Origin: an uncultured Actinomycetes bacterium
GTDB lineage: Bacteria; Actinomycetota; UBA4738; HRBIN12
Assembly: GCA_963704885.1 (NCBI GenBank)
Contig: CAVPIB010000004.1
Coordinates: 1,056,001-1,120,000 of the forward strand
Direction: 5' to 3'
DNA length: 64,000 nucleotides
Shown: positions 42,158 through 51,533 of the stretch, piece by piece
Layout: each line of letters starts with the position of its first letter
Numbering within the stretch: the first letter of the stretch is position 1
The notes under the pieces: generated by a model
What the model saw: only the letters and a program-made list of their open reading frames with translations
Databases searched by the model: none
Told to the model about the DNA's origin: nothing
Made by a program: the position numbers and the translations under genes

Positions 42158-43317
42158 GCGACCTGGTCATCCGCAACATCGGCACGATCGTGACCGGTGA
42201 CGTCGACGCGCCGATCGCAGATGGAGACACGATCGTCGTGAGAGATGGCGTGATCGCGGCGGTCGGTGACTCGTCGAGCGCCGACGCGGACGGCATCTCC
42301 GCCGCGATCGACGCCGCCGGCGCGACCGTGACGCCTGGGTTCTGCGACAACCACACGCACCCAGTGATCGGCGACTTCACGCCGCGCCAGCTCCAGGTCG
42401 ACTTCATCGATTCGTACCTGCACGGGGGGACGACGACGATGATCTCGGCCGGTGAGCCTCACACGCCCGGTCGTCCGACCGATCCCGCAGGCGTGAAGGC
42501 GCTCGCGATCCTTGGGCACAAGTCATTCGCGAACCTACGCCCCTCGGGCGTCAAGGTGCATGCGGGAGCTGTGTTGCTGGAACCCGGCCTCACCGAAGCC
42601 GACTTCCAGGAGATGGCGGCGGCCGGGGTCGATCTGGTCGGTGAGATCGGGATCTCGGGCGTGAAGGACGCCGCCGCTGCCGCGGAGATGACGCGCTGGG
42701 CGCAGGCGCTCGGGATGCGCGTGATGGTTCACACCGGTGGAGCGTCGATCCCCGGGAGCGGGATCGTCGGTGCGGACTTCGTGGTGCAGGTACAGCCCGA
42801 CGTGGCCGGTCACGTGAACGGAGGCCCGACGGCGCTCCCGCTAGATCATGTGGAGCGGATCTTGGAAGAAACGTCGGCCCGGGTCGAGATCGTGCACAAC
42901 GGGAACGTGAAGGCGGCGGGCGAGGTCGCTGCGCTGGTCGCGCGCAGGGGAGAGCTCCGCCGTCTGGTGATCGGGACCGACAGCCCCGCGGGATCGGGTG
43001 TGCAGCCCCTCGGCATGCTGCGGACGGTGTCGTGGGTGGCCTCGCTGGGCGAGATCGACGCTTCACTCGCGGTCGCCGCCGCCACTGGGAACGTCGCGGC
43101 TCTGCACGGCCTGAACACAGGGGTGATCGCGGTCGGTCGCGAGGCCGACCTGCTCGTCGTGGACGCACCCCTTGGATCGCAAGCCGCCGATGCGCTCGGC
43201 GCGCTCGCGATAGGCGACACGCTCGCCGTGGCCACGGCGATCATCGACGGGAAGCCGCGCTTCACGAAGAGCCGGAACACGCCACCTGCCGTGCGTCCGG
43301 TGTCGTTCTCGAGTTAG
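42154..43317 (+). CDS. ena: Enamidase-like amidohydrolase
   Basis: DNHTHPVIGDFTPRQ, ISAGEPH, HTGG, GHVNGG, VHNGN, GTDSPAGSG, SRNTPP. Confidence 0.82.
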   Translation: MSDLVIRNIGTIVTGDVDAPIADGDTIVVRDGVIAAVGDSSSADADGISAAIDAAGATVTPGFCDNHTHPVIGDFTPRQLQVDFIDSYLHGGTTTMISAGEPHTPGRPTDPAGVKALAILGHKSFANLRPSGVKVHAGAVLLEPGLTEADFQEMAAAGVDLVGEIGISGVKDAAAAAEMTRWAQALGMRVMVHTGGASIPGSGIVGADFVVQVQPDVAGHVNGGPTALPLDHVERILEETSARVEIVHNGNVKAAGEVAALVARRGELRRLVIGTDSPAGSGVQPLGMLRTVSWVASLGEIDASLAVAAATGNVAALHGLNTGVIAVGREADLLVVDAPLGSQAADALGALAIGDTLAVATAIIDGKPRFTKSRNTPPAVRPVSFSS

Positions 43318-43913
43318 CCGGCAGGCCGTAGCGTCGCGCCCGCGGCCCCCATCTGGGCGAGCGCGGCGTCTCCGTCGCCCGGCCTGAGGTCGACCGCCCG
43401 CACGGCGTCGGTGAGCAGGGTGACCGAGAACCCCTCGGTGAGTCCGTCGAGCACGGTCGACTTCACGCAGTAGTCGGTGGCGAGTCCGGTCACGACGAGC
43501 GTGGTGACGCCCGCGTTCCGCAGCAGCTTCGCGAGCTCCGTCGGCTCGGTTCGATCGGTCGACGGGTCGCGGGTCGAGAACCCCGAGTAGCCGTCCTGCC
43601 CGTCGACGCCCTTGCGGACGATCGGGCCGGACACGATCAGGTCGGGGTGGAACTCCGCGCCCCACGAGTCGCCGACGCAATGCACGGGCCAGATGCCGCC
43701 GTCCTTGGCGAAGTGCGGGGTCGACGCCGGGTGCCAGTCTGCGGTGTAGAAGACGTGGGCGCCGCTCTGCCGCGCCTCCGCGATCTGCGCGTTGATGAGC
43801 GGGACCACGGCCTCGCCCCCGCTCACGTACAGGTTGCCGCCGGCGTCGGCGAAATCGTTCTGCACGTCGACCACGATGAGCGCGGTCTGCGGGTCGTAAG
43901 GGATGCTATCCAT
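43314..43913 (-). CDS. pncA: Nicotinamidase/pyrazinamidase
   Basis: VDVQNDF, DWHP, WPVHCV, RKG, GLATDYCV. Confidence 0.9.
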   Translation of the reverse strand: MDSIPYDPQTALIVVDVQNDFADAGGNLYVSGGEAVVPLINAQIAEARQSGAHVFYTADWHPASTPHFAKDGGIWPVHCVGDSWGAEFHPDLIVSGPIVRKGVDGQDGYSGFSTRDPSTDRTEPTELAKLLRNAGVTTLVVTGLATDYCVKSTVLDGLTEGFSVTLLTDAVRAVDLRPGDGDAALAQMGAAGATLRPAG

Positions 43914-43952
43914 GACCGGACCGATGATACCCAGGGTGGATGGAGGGAAGCC

Positions 43953-44348
43953 ATGGACGTAGCGCGAGCGATCGACGGAAGTTTCGAACGGGGAGACGAG
44001 GGCCGGTTCACCGGTGAGGTATGGCTGCGATCGGCGCTAGGCGACGGCGCGACGTCTATCGCGGTGGTTCACTTCTCTCCCGATGCGCGCACGAGATGGC
44101 ACCGTCATGCGACGGGGCAGTTCCTTTACGCGATCAGCGGCCGCGGTCGCGTGCGCACGCGCGGCGAGGCCGGCCATGCGCTCGAACCCGGTGACGTGAT
44201 CCACGTGGGACCCGACGAGTGGCACTTCCACGGCGGATCGCGCGGCGCACCCATGGTGCACGTGGCGGTCTCGGGCGGAACCGTCGAATGGGGCGAGCCC
44301 GTGAACGATGAGGAGTTCGACCAAGGGTTCGCCGACCACCCCAGGTGA
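43953..44348 (+). CDS. Cupin-domain protein
   Basis: FTGEVW, ARTRWHRH, GQ, WHFHG; ATG at 43953 with GGAGG upstream. Confidence 0.82.
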   Translation: MDVARAIDGSFERGDEGRFTGEVWLRSALGDGATSIAVVHFSPDARTRWHRHATGQFLYAISGRGRVRTRGEAGHALEPGDVIHVGPDEWHFHGGSRGAPMVHVAVSGGTVEWGEPVNDEEFDQGFADHPR

Positions 44349-44395
44349 TCGCGCGCCTCTCGCGCGAAGACGAAGAAGAAGGATGTGACCAACCA

Positions 44396-44445
44396 CGCGA
44401 CACGGCCCTGCCGGTGCGGGTCTTGTGGACCGGGGCCGTGACGCG
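44396..44445. other. Intergenic inverted repeat (12/13 bp stem)
   Basis: CGCGACACGGCCC (44396-44408) pairs with GGGCCGTGACGCG (44433-44445) with one mismatch. Confidence 0.4.
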
Positions 44446-44478
44446 CGGCCGGGATACGGTTGCGTAAGGAGGTCCCCG

Positions 44479-45150
44479 ATGCACCGGCGAACCTTCCTGG
44501 CGACCGCCACACTGGCCGCGCTAGGCGCGTGCACGAACGAGCCCGGCGCTATCGCAGCGCTCACCTCCGGCCGAAAGACGGTCCTGCCATCGGCCGAACG
44601 TGAGAGGCGCGCAGGTCTCGACGACGTCCTGGCTCGAAGGCGATCGATCCGCTCCTTCACGGACGAACCCGTAGATGCGGGAACGATCTCGCAGCTCCTT
44701 TGGGCGGCGCAAGGCGTCACGGCACCTTGGGGCGGGCGGACCGCTCCCTCGGCCGGCGCCCTGTACCCGATCGAGATCTACGTGGCGACGGCGGACGTCC
44801 TGTTCCGATACGTGCCCGACGAGCATCGCGCGGTGGAGCTAACCCCCGAGGACCGGCGCGCGCGGATCGCAGCGGCGGCCGGCGAGCAGGAGGCGGCCGT
44901 GAACGCACCGACGTTGTTCGTGATCACAGGAGTCGTTGAACGAACGGCCGCGAAGTACGGCGAGCGAGCCGAGCGGTACGTGCAGCTGGAGGCGGGACAC
45001 GTCTGTCAGAACCTCCTACTCGAGGCGACCTCGCTGGGCCTCGCTGCCGTGCCGATGGGGGCCTTCTCGGACGAGCTGCTGCGTGTCGCCCTAGGCGTGG
45101 GCGACCACGAGCTACCCCTCTACATCGTGCCCGTCGGGCACCCGTCATGA
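44479..45150 (+). CDS. SagB/ThcOx-type nitroreductase with Tat/lipoprotein signal
   Basis: MHRRTFL...LGAC, RRSIRSF, RTAPSAGALYP, LEAGHVCQN. Confidence 0.85.
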   Translation: MHRRTFLATATLAALGACTNEPGAIAALTSGRKTVLPSAERERRAGLDDVLARRRSIRSFTDEPVDAGTISQLLWAAQGVTAPWGGRTAPSAGALYPIEIYVATADVLFRYVPDEHRAVELTPEDRRARIAAAAGEQEAAVNAPTLFVITGVVERTAAKYGERAERYVQLEAGHVCQNLLLEATSLGLAAVPMGAFSDELLRVALGVGDHELPLYIVPVGHPS

Positions 45151-45172
45151 GGTGACGCACAGACCTCGGCGA

Positions 45173-46003
45173 CTAGTTCGGCGGCGCCAGGCGCGTCTTC
45201 AACGCCGAGACGTCCAGATCCGTTCGAGGGTATCGCGGGTCCATACGCTCGAGCGTCTCGACGAGGATCCTTCCGATCGCCCAGTTCCGGTACCACTTGC
45301 GGTCGGCAGGGATCACGTACCACGGAGCCACATCGGCTGCGCACCGAGCGATCGCGTCGTTGTAGGCGGCCATGTAGTCCCGCCAGAGCGCGCGCTCGTC
45401 TATGTCGCTCTCGCGAAACTTCCAGTGTTTGGAGGGGTCGTCAAGGCGCGCCAGCAGTCGTTCGCGTTGCTCGTCGTAGGAGATGTGCAGGAAGCACTTC
45501 ACGATCGTCGTGCCGGCTTCGGCCACCCGGCGTTCGAAGTCGTTGATCTGCTCGTAGCGCGCCCTCCACACGGGCTCGTCCACCAACCCGTGCACCCGCA
45601 CGACCAGTACGTCCTCGTAGTGCGACCGGTCGAACACGACGACCTGGCCGGGTCCCGGCAGGTGCTTCTCGATCCGCCACAGGAAGTCGTGCGCCAGCTC
45701 CTCATCGGTCGGCTTCTTGAAGGCGGCCACGTCGACCCAGGCCGGGTTCATCGAGGAGAGCACGTGAGCGACGGTGCCGCCCTTGCCGCTGGTGTCCATC
45801 CCCTGCAGCACCAGCAGCATCGAGCGGGTTCCCTCGGCCCAGAGCTTCTCCTGCAGTTCGTCCAGCTTCTCCGCCAGCTCGGGGAGCTCAGCTTCGGCGT
45901 CCTCACGGTCCTTCACGCCGGGGGTGGCGTTCGTCTCGACGCTCGATGCCGGCGCGGCCGCCGGCGCGGTCAAGCGCTCGGTGAGCGAAGGCGCTTTCGG
46001 CAT
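45173..46003 (-). CDS. ppk2: Polyphosphate kinase 2 family protein
   Basis: QGMDTSGKGG, FKKP, HDFLWR, FDRSHYEDVL, KHWKF, ADRKW. Confidence 0.9.
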   Translation of the reverse strand: MPKAPSLTERLTAPAAAPASSVETNATPGVKDREDAEAELPELAEKLDELQEKLWAEGTRSMLLVLQGMDTSGKGGTVAHVLSSMNPAWVDVAAFKKPTDEELAHDFLWRIEKHLPGPGQVVVFDRSHYEDVLVVRVHGLVDEPVWRARYEQINDFERRVAEAGTTIVKCFLHISYDEQRERLLARLDDPSKHWKFRESDIDERALWRDYMAAYNDAIARCAADVAPWYVIPADRKWYRNWAIGRILVETLERMDPRYPRTDLDVSALKTRLAPPN

Positions 46004-46068
46004 GGCGAGCACGCTAACAGGACGCCCGTCCACCGGCCGACCCCTGCCGTCTGTGAGCCCTTCGCGGT

Positions 46069-47076
46069 TCAGTCGAGAAGGCCGAGCACACGTCCGAAGT
46101 TGTCGCCCAGGATCCCATCGATCTTGTGCTGGGGGATCGGCGGCAGCCCGCACGCATCGGCTTCCTCGTTCACACCGACCAACTTCTCCATCAGCTTCAC
46201 CGGGTCGTACAGGAACCCGGGGTAGTCGGTACCGAAGAAGATCTTCTCGAGCGGGACGAACATCGGCTCGCAGCGGGACAGCAACAGGAACAGGTCCCTC
46301 CTCGTGATGCTCGCGATCAGGTAGGACAGCTCCGCGTAGAAGTTGGGATGTTTCGTGAGCAGGAACAGAGCCTCGTCGACCCACGGCAGTCCGCAATGCG
46401 CGACGATCACGCGCAGATCCCTGAACACGCGGCCGATATCGTCCAGGAGCGCGGGCCGCCCGAGCTCGAGCTTGGCGTCGATGCGGGTCGAGCCCGCCTG
46501 GTGGATCATCACGGGGATCCCCAGTTCCTGAGCCTTGGCATAGACCGGGAAAGCGACGTCTGGATCGTTGGGCGCCCAATGCTGGTACATCGGGTAGAGC
46601 TTCACTCCCGAGAGTCCGAGCTCGACGACGGCCCGTTCGAGCTCGGCGACCGCCGCCTCTGGTCCGTTGTACATCGGGTTCACCGACGCGAACCCGATGA
46701 ACCGGTCGGGGTCGGTGTGCACGACCGCAGCGATGTAATCGTTGCAGAGGTCGGGGTGCTTCGGCCCGTCGACCCCGAGGAGCCCCGTCGTGTCGACGGT
46801 CCCGATCAGTCGCCCATCCAGCCACTGCGGCGAGATCGCCAGGACGACCACCTTGTCGAACCCGGGGTGATCGCGAAGCGACTCCTCCGGCCCGATCACC
46901 GGCCACCCCTTGCGCGTGAAGCCGCTCGCCTCCCACTCCTCCTCGGTCGGCATCCGGTGCGACGGAAGGAGTCCCATGCTCCTGTAGATGCACAGCGACC
47001 CCTCGCGGCCGTACTCGATGGTGAACTCCGGATCCTCGGCGAGGCTGAGGATGTGGCTGTGCGCGTCGATGATCAC
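46069..47076 (-). CDS. Amidohydrolase_2 family metalloenzyme
   Basis: IIDAHSH, GVKLYP, PVMIH, AHCG, FGTDYP; GTG at 47076 overlaps the corrected upstream stop (GTGA). Confidence 0.82.
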   Translation of the reverse strand: MIIDAHSHILSLAEDPEFTIEYGREGSLCIYRSMGLLPSHRMPTEEEWEASGFTRKGWPVIGPEESLRDHPGFDKVVVLAISPQWLDGRLIGTVDTTGLLGVDGPKHPDLCNDYIAAVVHTDPDRFIGFASVNPMYNGPEAAVAELERAVVELGLSGVKLYPMYQHWAPNDPDVAFPVYAKAQELGIPVMIHQAGSTRIDAKLELGRPALLDDIGRVFRDLRVIVAHCGLPWVDEALFLLTKHPNFYAELSYLIASITRRDLFLLLSRCEPMFVPLEKIFFGTDYPGFLYDPVKLMEKLVGVNEEADACGLPPIPQHKIDGILGDNFGRVLGLLD

Positions 47077-48654
47077 GACGCCACTCCCGGTGGCCGCTTC
47101 GCGTTGTAGGCATAGGCGGGCTCGACGGGCATCCCATACCAGCGCTGATAGAAGTCGATCACGTACGGCTCGACCAGCCGACCGAGCTCCGCCCACCTCT
47201 GCACGTCGCTCGGGGAGCCGGTAGACGCGCTCGTGCACCGCTGCCGCGAACCGTTCCTTCACGGCGTCCTCGTCGACAACGGTCACGCGCCCGCCTTCGA
47301 CCAGGACGCGGCCCTGCACCATCACCGTGTCGATGTCGGACGCCTCCGCCCGGTCGAGCACCACGTCCAGGAACGGCTCCTGGTCGTAGCGACCCGGCGG
47401 GAACATGATCCGTTCCTTGTCGACGATCAGCAGGTCGGCCAGCCGGCCGGGCGCGAGGGATCCAAGCCGGTCTTCCATCCCCAGAGCGCGAGCACCGTTG
47501 ACGGCGGCAGCCCGAAGCACCGCTTCGCTATCGAGCCGTTGCCGTTCGAACGTGTGTGGCATCCGCTGCAGGTAGCAGGCGAGCCGCAGCTCCTGGAAGA
47601 AGTCCTCGCGATCGGAGAACGAGATGCCGTCCGTGCCGAAGGCGATCCGCCCGCCGGTATCCATGATGTCGCGCACACGACAGATCCCGCTCGACAACCT
47701 GAGGTTCGACCCGGGATCGTTCGACGCGACGGCCCCTGAATCCGCGAAGATCTGTAGCTCGTCGTCCGTCACCCAGACGAAGTGCTCCAGCACGGTCTCG
47801 GGTGTCAACACCCCGATGTCGGCCAGACGCTGGAGCGCGGGCTTCCCGTACCGCTCGAGGTTGTAGAGCATCTCCGATCGCGTTTCGAGCGCGTGCGTGA
47901 TCATCCCCGTTCCGTGCTCGTCCGCCGTTCGTCGGCAGAGACGATAGAGGTCGTCGGAGCACGCCGGTGTCCAGTCCGGCGCCGTCACGATCCTGAAGCG
48001 GTCGTCTCGGCCATGCCAGGTGGAGTGCAGACGCTCGAACGACGCCATCACGTCCTCGATCGGCCAGGCATAGCCCATCGGTGAACCGCGAACCTCATCA
48101 GCCAGGTCGGCGGGCAGGCGTTCGAGGAAGCGTTCGTTGGGCTCGTGGACGTAGATGTTCTCGTCACGACTCACGAGGCCGAACGCGGTCCGCATGCCGA
48201 TGTCCTCGTAGGCCCTCAGCGCCGGAGGGCATCCGAAGTCGGACATGCCCGGCCTCCCGTAGTACATGTCGACCGTCGCGGTCTGCCCACCCTTCAGCGC
48301 GTTGACCAGCCCCCAGAGGACCCCTGTGTAGAGGTCTTCTTCCTCGATGTCGCCGGTCGCCGCCTGGATGAAGACGTTCGCACGCTCGAAGATGAACTGA
48401 TACAGCCCCGGACCGATGGCGAGCTCGGAGTGGTAGTGACAGTTCACGAATCCCGGCATCACGAAGTGGGCGCCCGACCCGAGCACGGCGTCGAACGGAC
48501 CCCGACCTTCGAGCTCGGTGCGTGCACCAGCCGCCACGATCGTCGAGCCCTCGACGATCAGCGCGCCGTCGGGGATCAGCGCCTGCTCACCCAGCGCGAC
48601 GATCGGGTCACCCAGGATCAGTCTTCGCCCAACGGGTGTATCTACGAGCGTCAT
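47073..48654 (-). CDS. Deaminase-type (AtzA/TrzA-like) amidohydrolase; frameshift near 47212
   Basis: NCHYH, HALE, EH, SNLRLSSG, GTDG; removing one base from the G run at 47212-47215 gives the C-terminus DVQRWAELGRLVEPYVIDFYQRW...AS* ending at 47073. Confidence 0.82.
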
Positions 48655-48666
48655 CGTGCGGCCTTC

Positions 48667-49992
48667 CTACGAGGGCACGACCATCCTTTCGAGCACGTGC
48701 TGGAACGCAAGGTTCGCCTCGTGCAGAGTGCGTCCCTCATCGATCGTCGTGAACTCTCGGTCGCGGTAGAGGATCTTCCCGTCGACGATCGTCGTGTTCA
48801 CCGCACTCCCGTTAGCGGCGAAGACCAGATGTGAGTACAGGTGCGCCTTCGACTCGGGGAACAACGGTGTGAACATCTGGTTGCCGAGGTCCACCGTGAT
48901 CACATCGGCCTTCTTGCCCACCGTCAGCTCGCCCGTGTCGTGCCTAAGCGCAGCGGAACCGTTGCGCGTGGCCATCCGCACCACGTCGGGCGCCTGCTGC
49001 AGGCTTGGGTCCACCCGGCTCGCGCGATGTATCAGCGACGCGAACTTCATCACCTCGAACAGGTCGCGGCTGTTGTTGCACTCAGCGGCGTCGTGACCGA
49101 GCCCGACGTTCAGCCCGGCGGCGAGCATCTCCGGAACGCGGGCGATCCCGTTGCCGAGCTTCGCGTTCGAGGACGGGTTGTGTGAGATCTGCGTTCCCGT
49201 CTCCCGCATCAGCGCGATCTCGGTATCGGAGAGCCAGACGCAGTGCGCCGCGATGCATCGATCGAATAGGATGCCGCAGTCGTACGCGACCTCGGTCGGA
49301 CGCCGGCCGAACCGTTCCTTGGAGTTCTCGACCTCGGTCAGTGACTCGTTCAGGTGGATGTGGATCCCCGTATCCAGATCGTCCGCGAGCATCCTCGTGT
49401 CTCTCAGAAGTCCTTCCGAGGCGAGCGGCAGCCACTCGATGCCGATGTACACCTCGATGCGGCCGTTCGCCGCGCCGTTTGATTGCTCGTAGGCGGCCTT
49501 GTTGTCCTCCAAGGTGTCGAGGTCGTGCTCGTCGTCGGCGACGTCGTTAGACAAGACGGCCCGGATCCCGATCTCCTCCGCCGCCCTGGCCAGCCCGCCC
49601 AACTGGCGGTACATGTCGTTGACCGTCGTTACGCCGCACTTGATCGACTCGCTGTAACTCGCGAGAGCCGCCCAGTAGGCCTCCTCCGGGTTCAAGGCCC
49701 GGATGATCGGATACCAACACGTGTCGAGGTACTCCCACAGCGGCAGGTGGTCGCTCCAGCCCTTGCCGACCGCGGTGTGGTAGTGCAGGTCGACGAGGCC
49801 GGGGAGGACCGCCTTGTCGGAGGCGTCGATCACGGTCGCGCCGGCCTCTTCGGTCCTGCCGGCGACATCGGCTGCGGTGCCGACGTCGGTGATCCGGTCG
49901 TTCTCGATCACGACGGTGCCGCCGAAGATCACGTCGTCCGCGTCGTTCATGGTGACCACGGTGCCGTTCTTGATGATGATCCGATCGCTCAT
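48667..49992 (-). CDS. Deaminase-type amidohydrolase (MTA/SAH deaminase-like)
   Basis: DLHYH, HIHLNE, AHCV, HNPSSNAKLGNG, GHDA. Confidence 0.85.
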   Translation of the reverse strand: MSDRIIIKNGTVVTMNDADDVIFGGTVVIENDRITDVGTAADVAGRTEEAGATVIDASDKAVLPGLVDLHYHTAVGKGWSDHLPLWEYLDTCWYPIIRALNPEEAYWAALASYSESIKCGVTTVNDMYRQLGGLARAAEEIGIRAVLSNDVADDEHDLDTLEDNKAAYEQSNGAANGRIEVYIGIEWLPLASEGLLRDTRMLADDLDTGIHIHLNESLTEVENSKERFGRRPTEVAYDCGILFDRCIAAHCVWLSDTEIALMRETGTQISHNPSSNAKLGNGIARVPEMLAAGLNVGLGHDAAECNNSRDLFEVMKFASLIHRASRVDPSLQQAPDVVRMATRNGSAALRHDTGELTVGKKADVITVDLGNQMFTPLFPESKAHLYSHLVFAANGSAVNTTIVDGKILYRDREFTTIDEGRTLHEANLAFQHVLERMVVPS

Positions 49993-50005
49993 CGCGTCCC
50001 CCTTC

Positions 50006-51517
50006 CTATCGAGAGATCCCTTGCCCCGACTGGGGCACCGCCGAGGTCAGGTCGACCCAGACCGACTTCGAGTGCAGGTATGGCTCCAACGCCTCCTCGC
50101 CTAGCTCCTTGCCGAACCCGGAGTGCTTCCGACCGCCGAACGGCACCGCGACGTCGAACATCCCGTAGGTGTTGATCCATACGGTGCCGGCGTCGAGGCG
50201 GTCGGCCAGACGCAACGCCTTGCTCACATCCGACGTCCAGATGCCGGAGGCGAGACCGTAGTCGACGCCGTTCGCGAGCGCGAGCAGCTCCTCCTCGTCC
50301 TTCCACGGTATGACCGAAAGAACGGGACCGAAGATCTCCTCCTGGGCGACCTTCATGTCGTTGCGCACCCCGCTGATGACCGTCGGTTCCAGGAAGAAGC
50401 CGCCCTCGTGTCCGCTCACGCTCGCGTCCGAACCCCCGACGACCACGTCCGCGCCCTGCTCCCGGGCCGACTCGACGTAGCTCTTCACGCGCGTCCGATG
50501 GGCCGCCGAGATGAGCGGCCCCATCTGAGTGTCGGGATCGAGGCCGGAGCCCAGTCGGATCTGGCCCGCCCGTTCGCTGACCACGGCTGCGAGCTCGTCG
50601 GCCACCGATGCTTCCACGAAGAGTCGCGACCCGGCGACGCAAGCCTGGCCCTGGTTGAAGAAGATGCCGCCGAAGGCTCCGCTCGCGGCCGCATCGAGGT
50701 TCGCGTCCGCGAACACGATGTTAGGGCTCTTGCCTCCGAGCTCCAGGGACACGCGCTTCAGACCGTCGGCTGCGCTCCGCATGATCTCCTTCCCGGTGGC
50801 CGTCTGACCCGTGAAGGCGATCTTCTGCACGCCGGGATGCCGCACGAGCGCGGCACCGATGTCGGGTCCCCCGATCACGACGTTGACGACGCCGGGTGGG
50901 AAGCCGGCCTCGTGGACCAACTCCATCAGGCGGAGCGTGGAGAGCGGCGCGAGCTCGGATGGCTTGATCACGATCGTGCAGCCAGCCGCAAGCGCGGGAC
51001 CGAGCTTGTAGCCGACCTCCAGCAGCGGGAAGTTCCACGGTGTTATCGCCGCGACGACGCCGACGGGCTCCCGCTTGGCCACCGTGAACATCCCCGGGAT
51101 CGAGTTGGGCAGGACCTTCCCCTCGATCTTCGTCGTCCATCCCGCGTAGTAGCGCAGCAGCTCGATCGTCAGCGCGATGTCGACGGCCTCCGCCTCCCAC
51201 ATCGGCTTGCCGTTGTCCAGGACCTCGATCGTCGCGAACTCGTCCTTGTTCGCCTCGAGGAGGTCGGCGAGCGTCCACATCAGCCGGGCTCGCTGGGTCG
51301 CGGGCGTGGATCGCCACACGTCGAACGCGCGAGCCGCGGCCGCGACCGCGGCATCGACCTCGCGTTCGGTCGCGAGCGGCGCCTCGGCGAGGGTCTGGCC
51401 CGTCGCCGGGTTGATCGTCGCGAGCGAACCGTCCGTCTCCACGAACGCCCCGTCGATGTACAGGCGGAGCGGCCGGTCCAAGAACCCCATCGTCTGCTCG
51501 GAGATCGTGGATGCCAT
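50006..51517 (-). CDS. NAD-dependent aldehyde dehydrogenase
   Basis: PWNFP, KPSE, FTGQ, LELGGKSP, GQACVAGS, EEIFGP. Confidence 0.95.
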   Translation of the reverse strand: MASTISEQTMGFLDRPLRLYIDGAFVETDGSLATINPATGQTLAEAPLATEREVDAAVAAAARAFDVWRSTPATQRARLMWTLADLLEANKDEFATIEVLDNGKPMWEAEAVDIALTIELLRYYAGWTTKIEGKVLPNSIPGMFTVAKREPVGVVAAITPWNFPLLEVGYKLGPALAAGCTIVIKPSELAPLSTLRLMELVHEAGFPPGVVNVVIGGPDIGAALVRHPGVQKIAFTGQTATGKEIMRSAADGLKRVSLELGGKSPNIVFADANLDAAASGAFGGIFFNQGQACVAGSRLFVEASVADELAAVVSERAGQIRLGSGLDPDTQMGPLISAAHRTRVKSYVESAREQGADVVVGGSDASVSGHEGGFFLEPTVISGVRNDMKVAQEEIFGPVLSVIPWKDEEELLALANGVDYGLASGIWTSDVSKALRLADRLDAGTVWINTYGMFDVAVPFGGRKHSGFGKELGEEALEPYLHSKSVWVDLTSAVPQSGQGISR

Positions 51518-51533
51518 ATCTCGTTTGCCTCCT

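Noticed and set aside
44479-45150. Azole-containing RiPP biosynthetic cluster
   Set aside because: No YcaO cyclodehydratase, precursor peptide or dedicated exporter nearby.
46069-48654. 861-aa double amidohydrolase fusion in the ORF track
   Set aside because: The linker is off-frame; removing one base near 47212 gives a natural C-terminus and a GTGA-coupled second gene.
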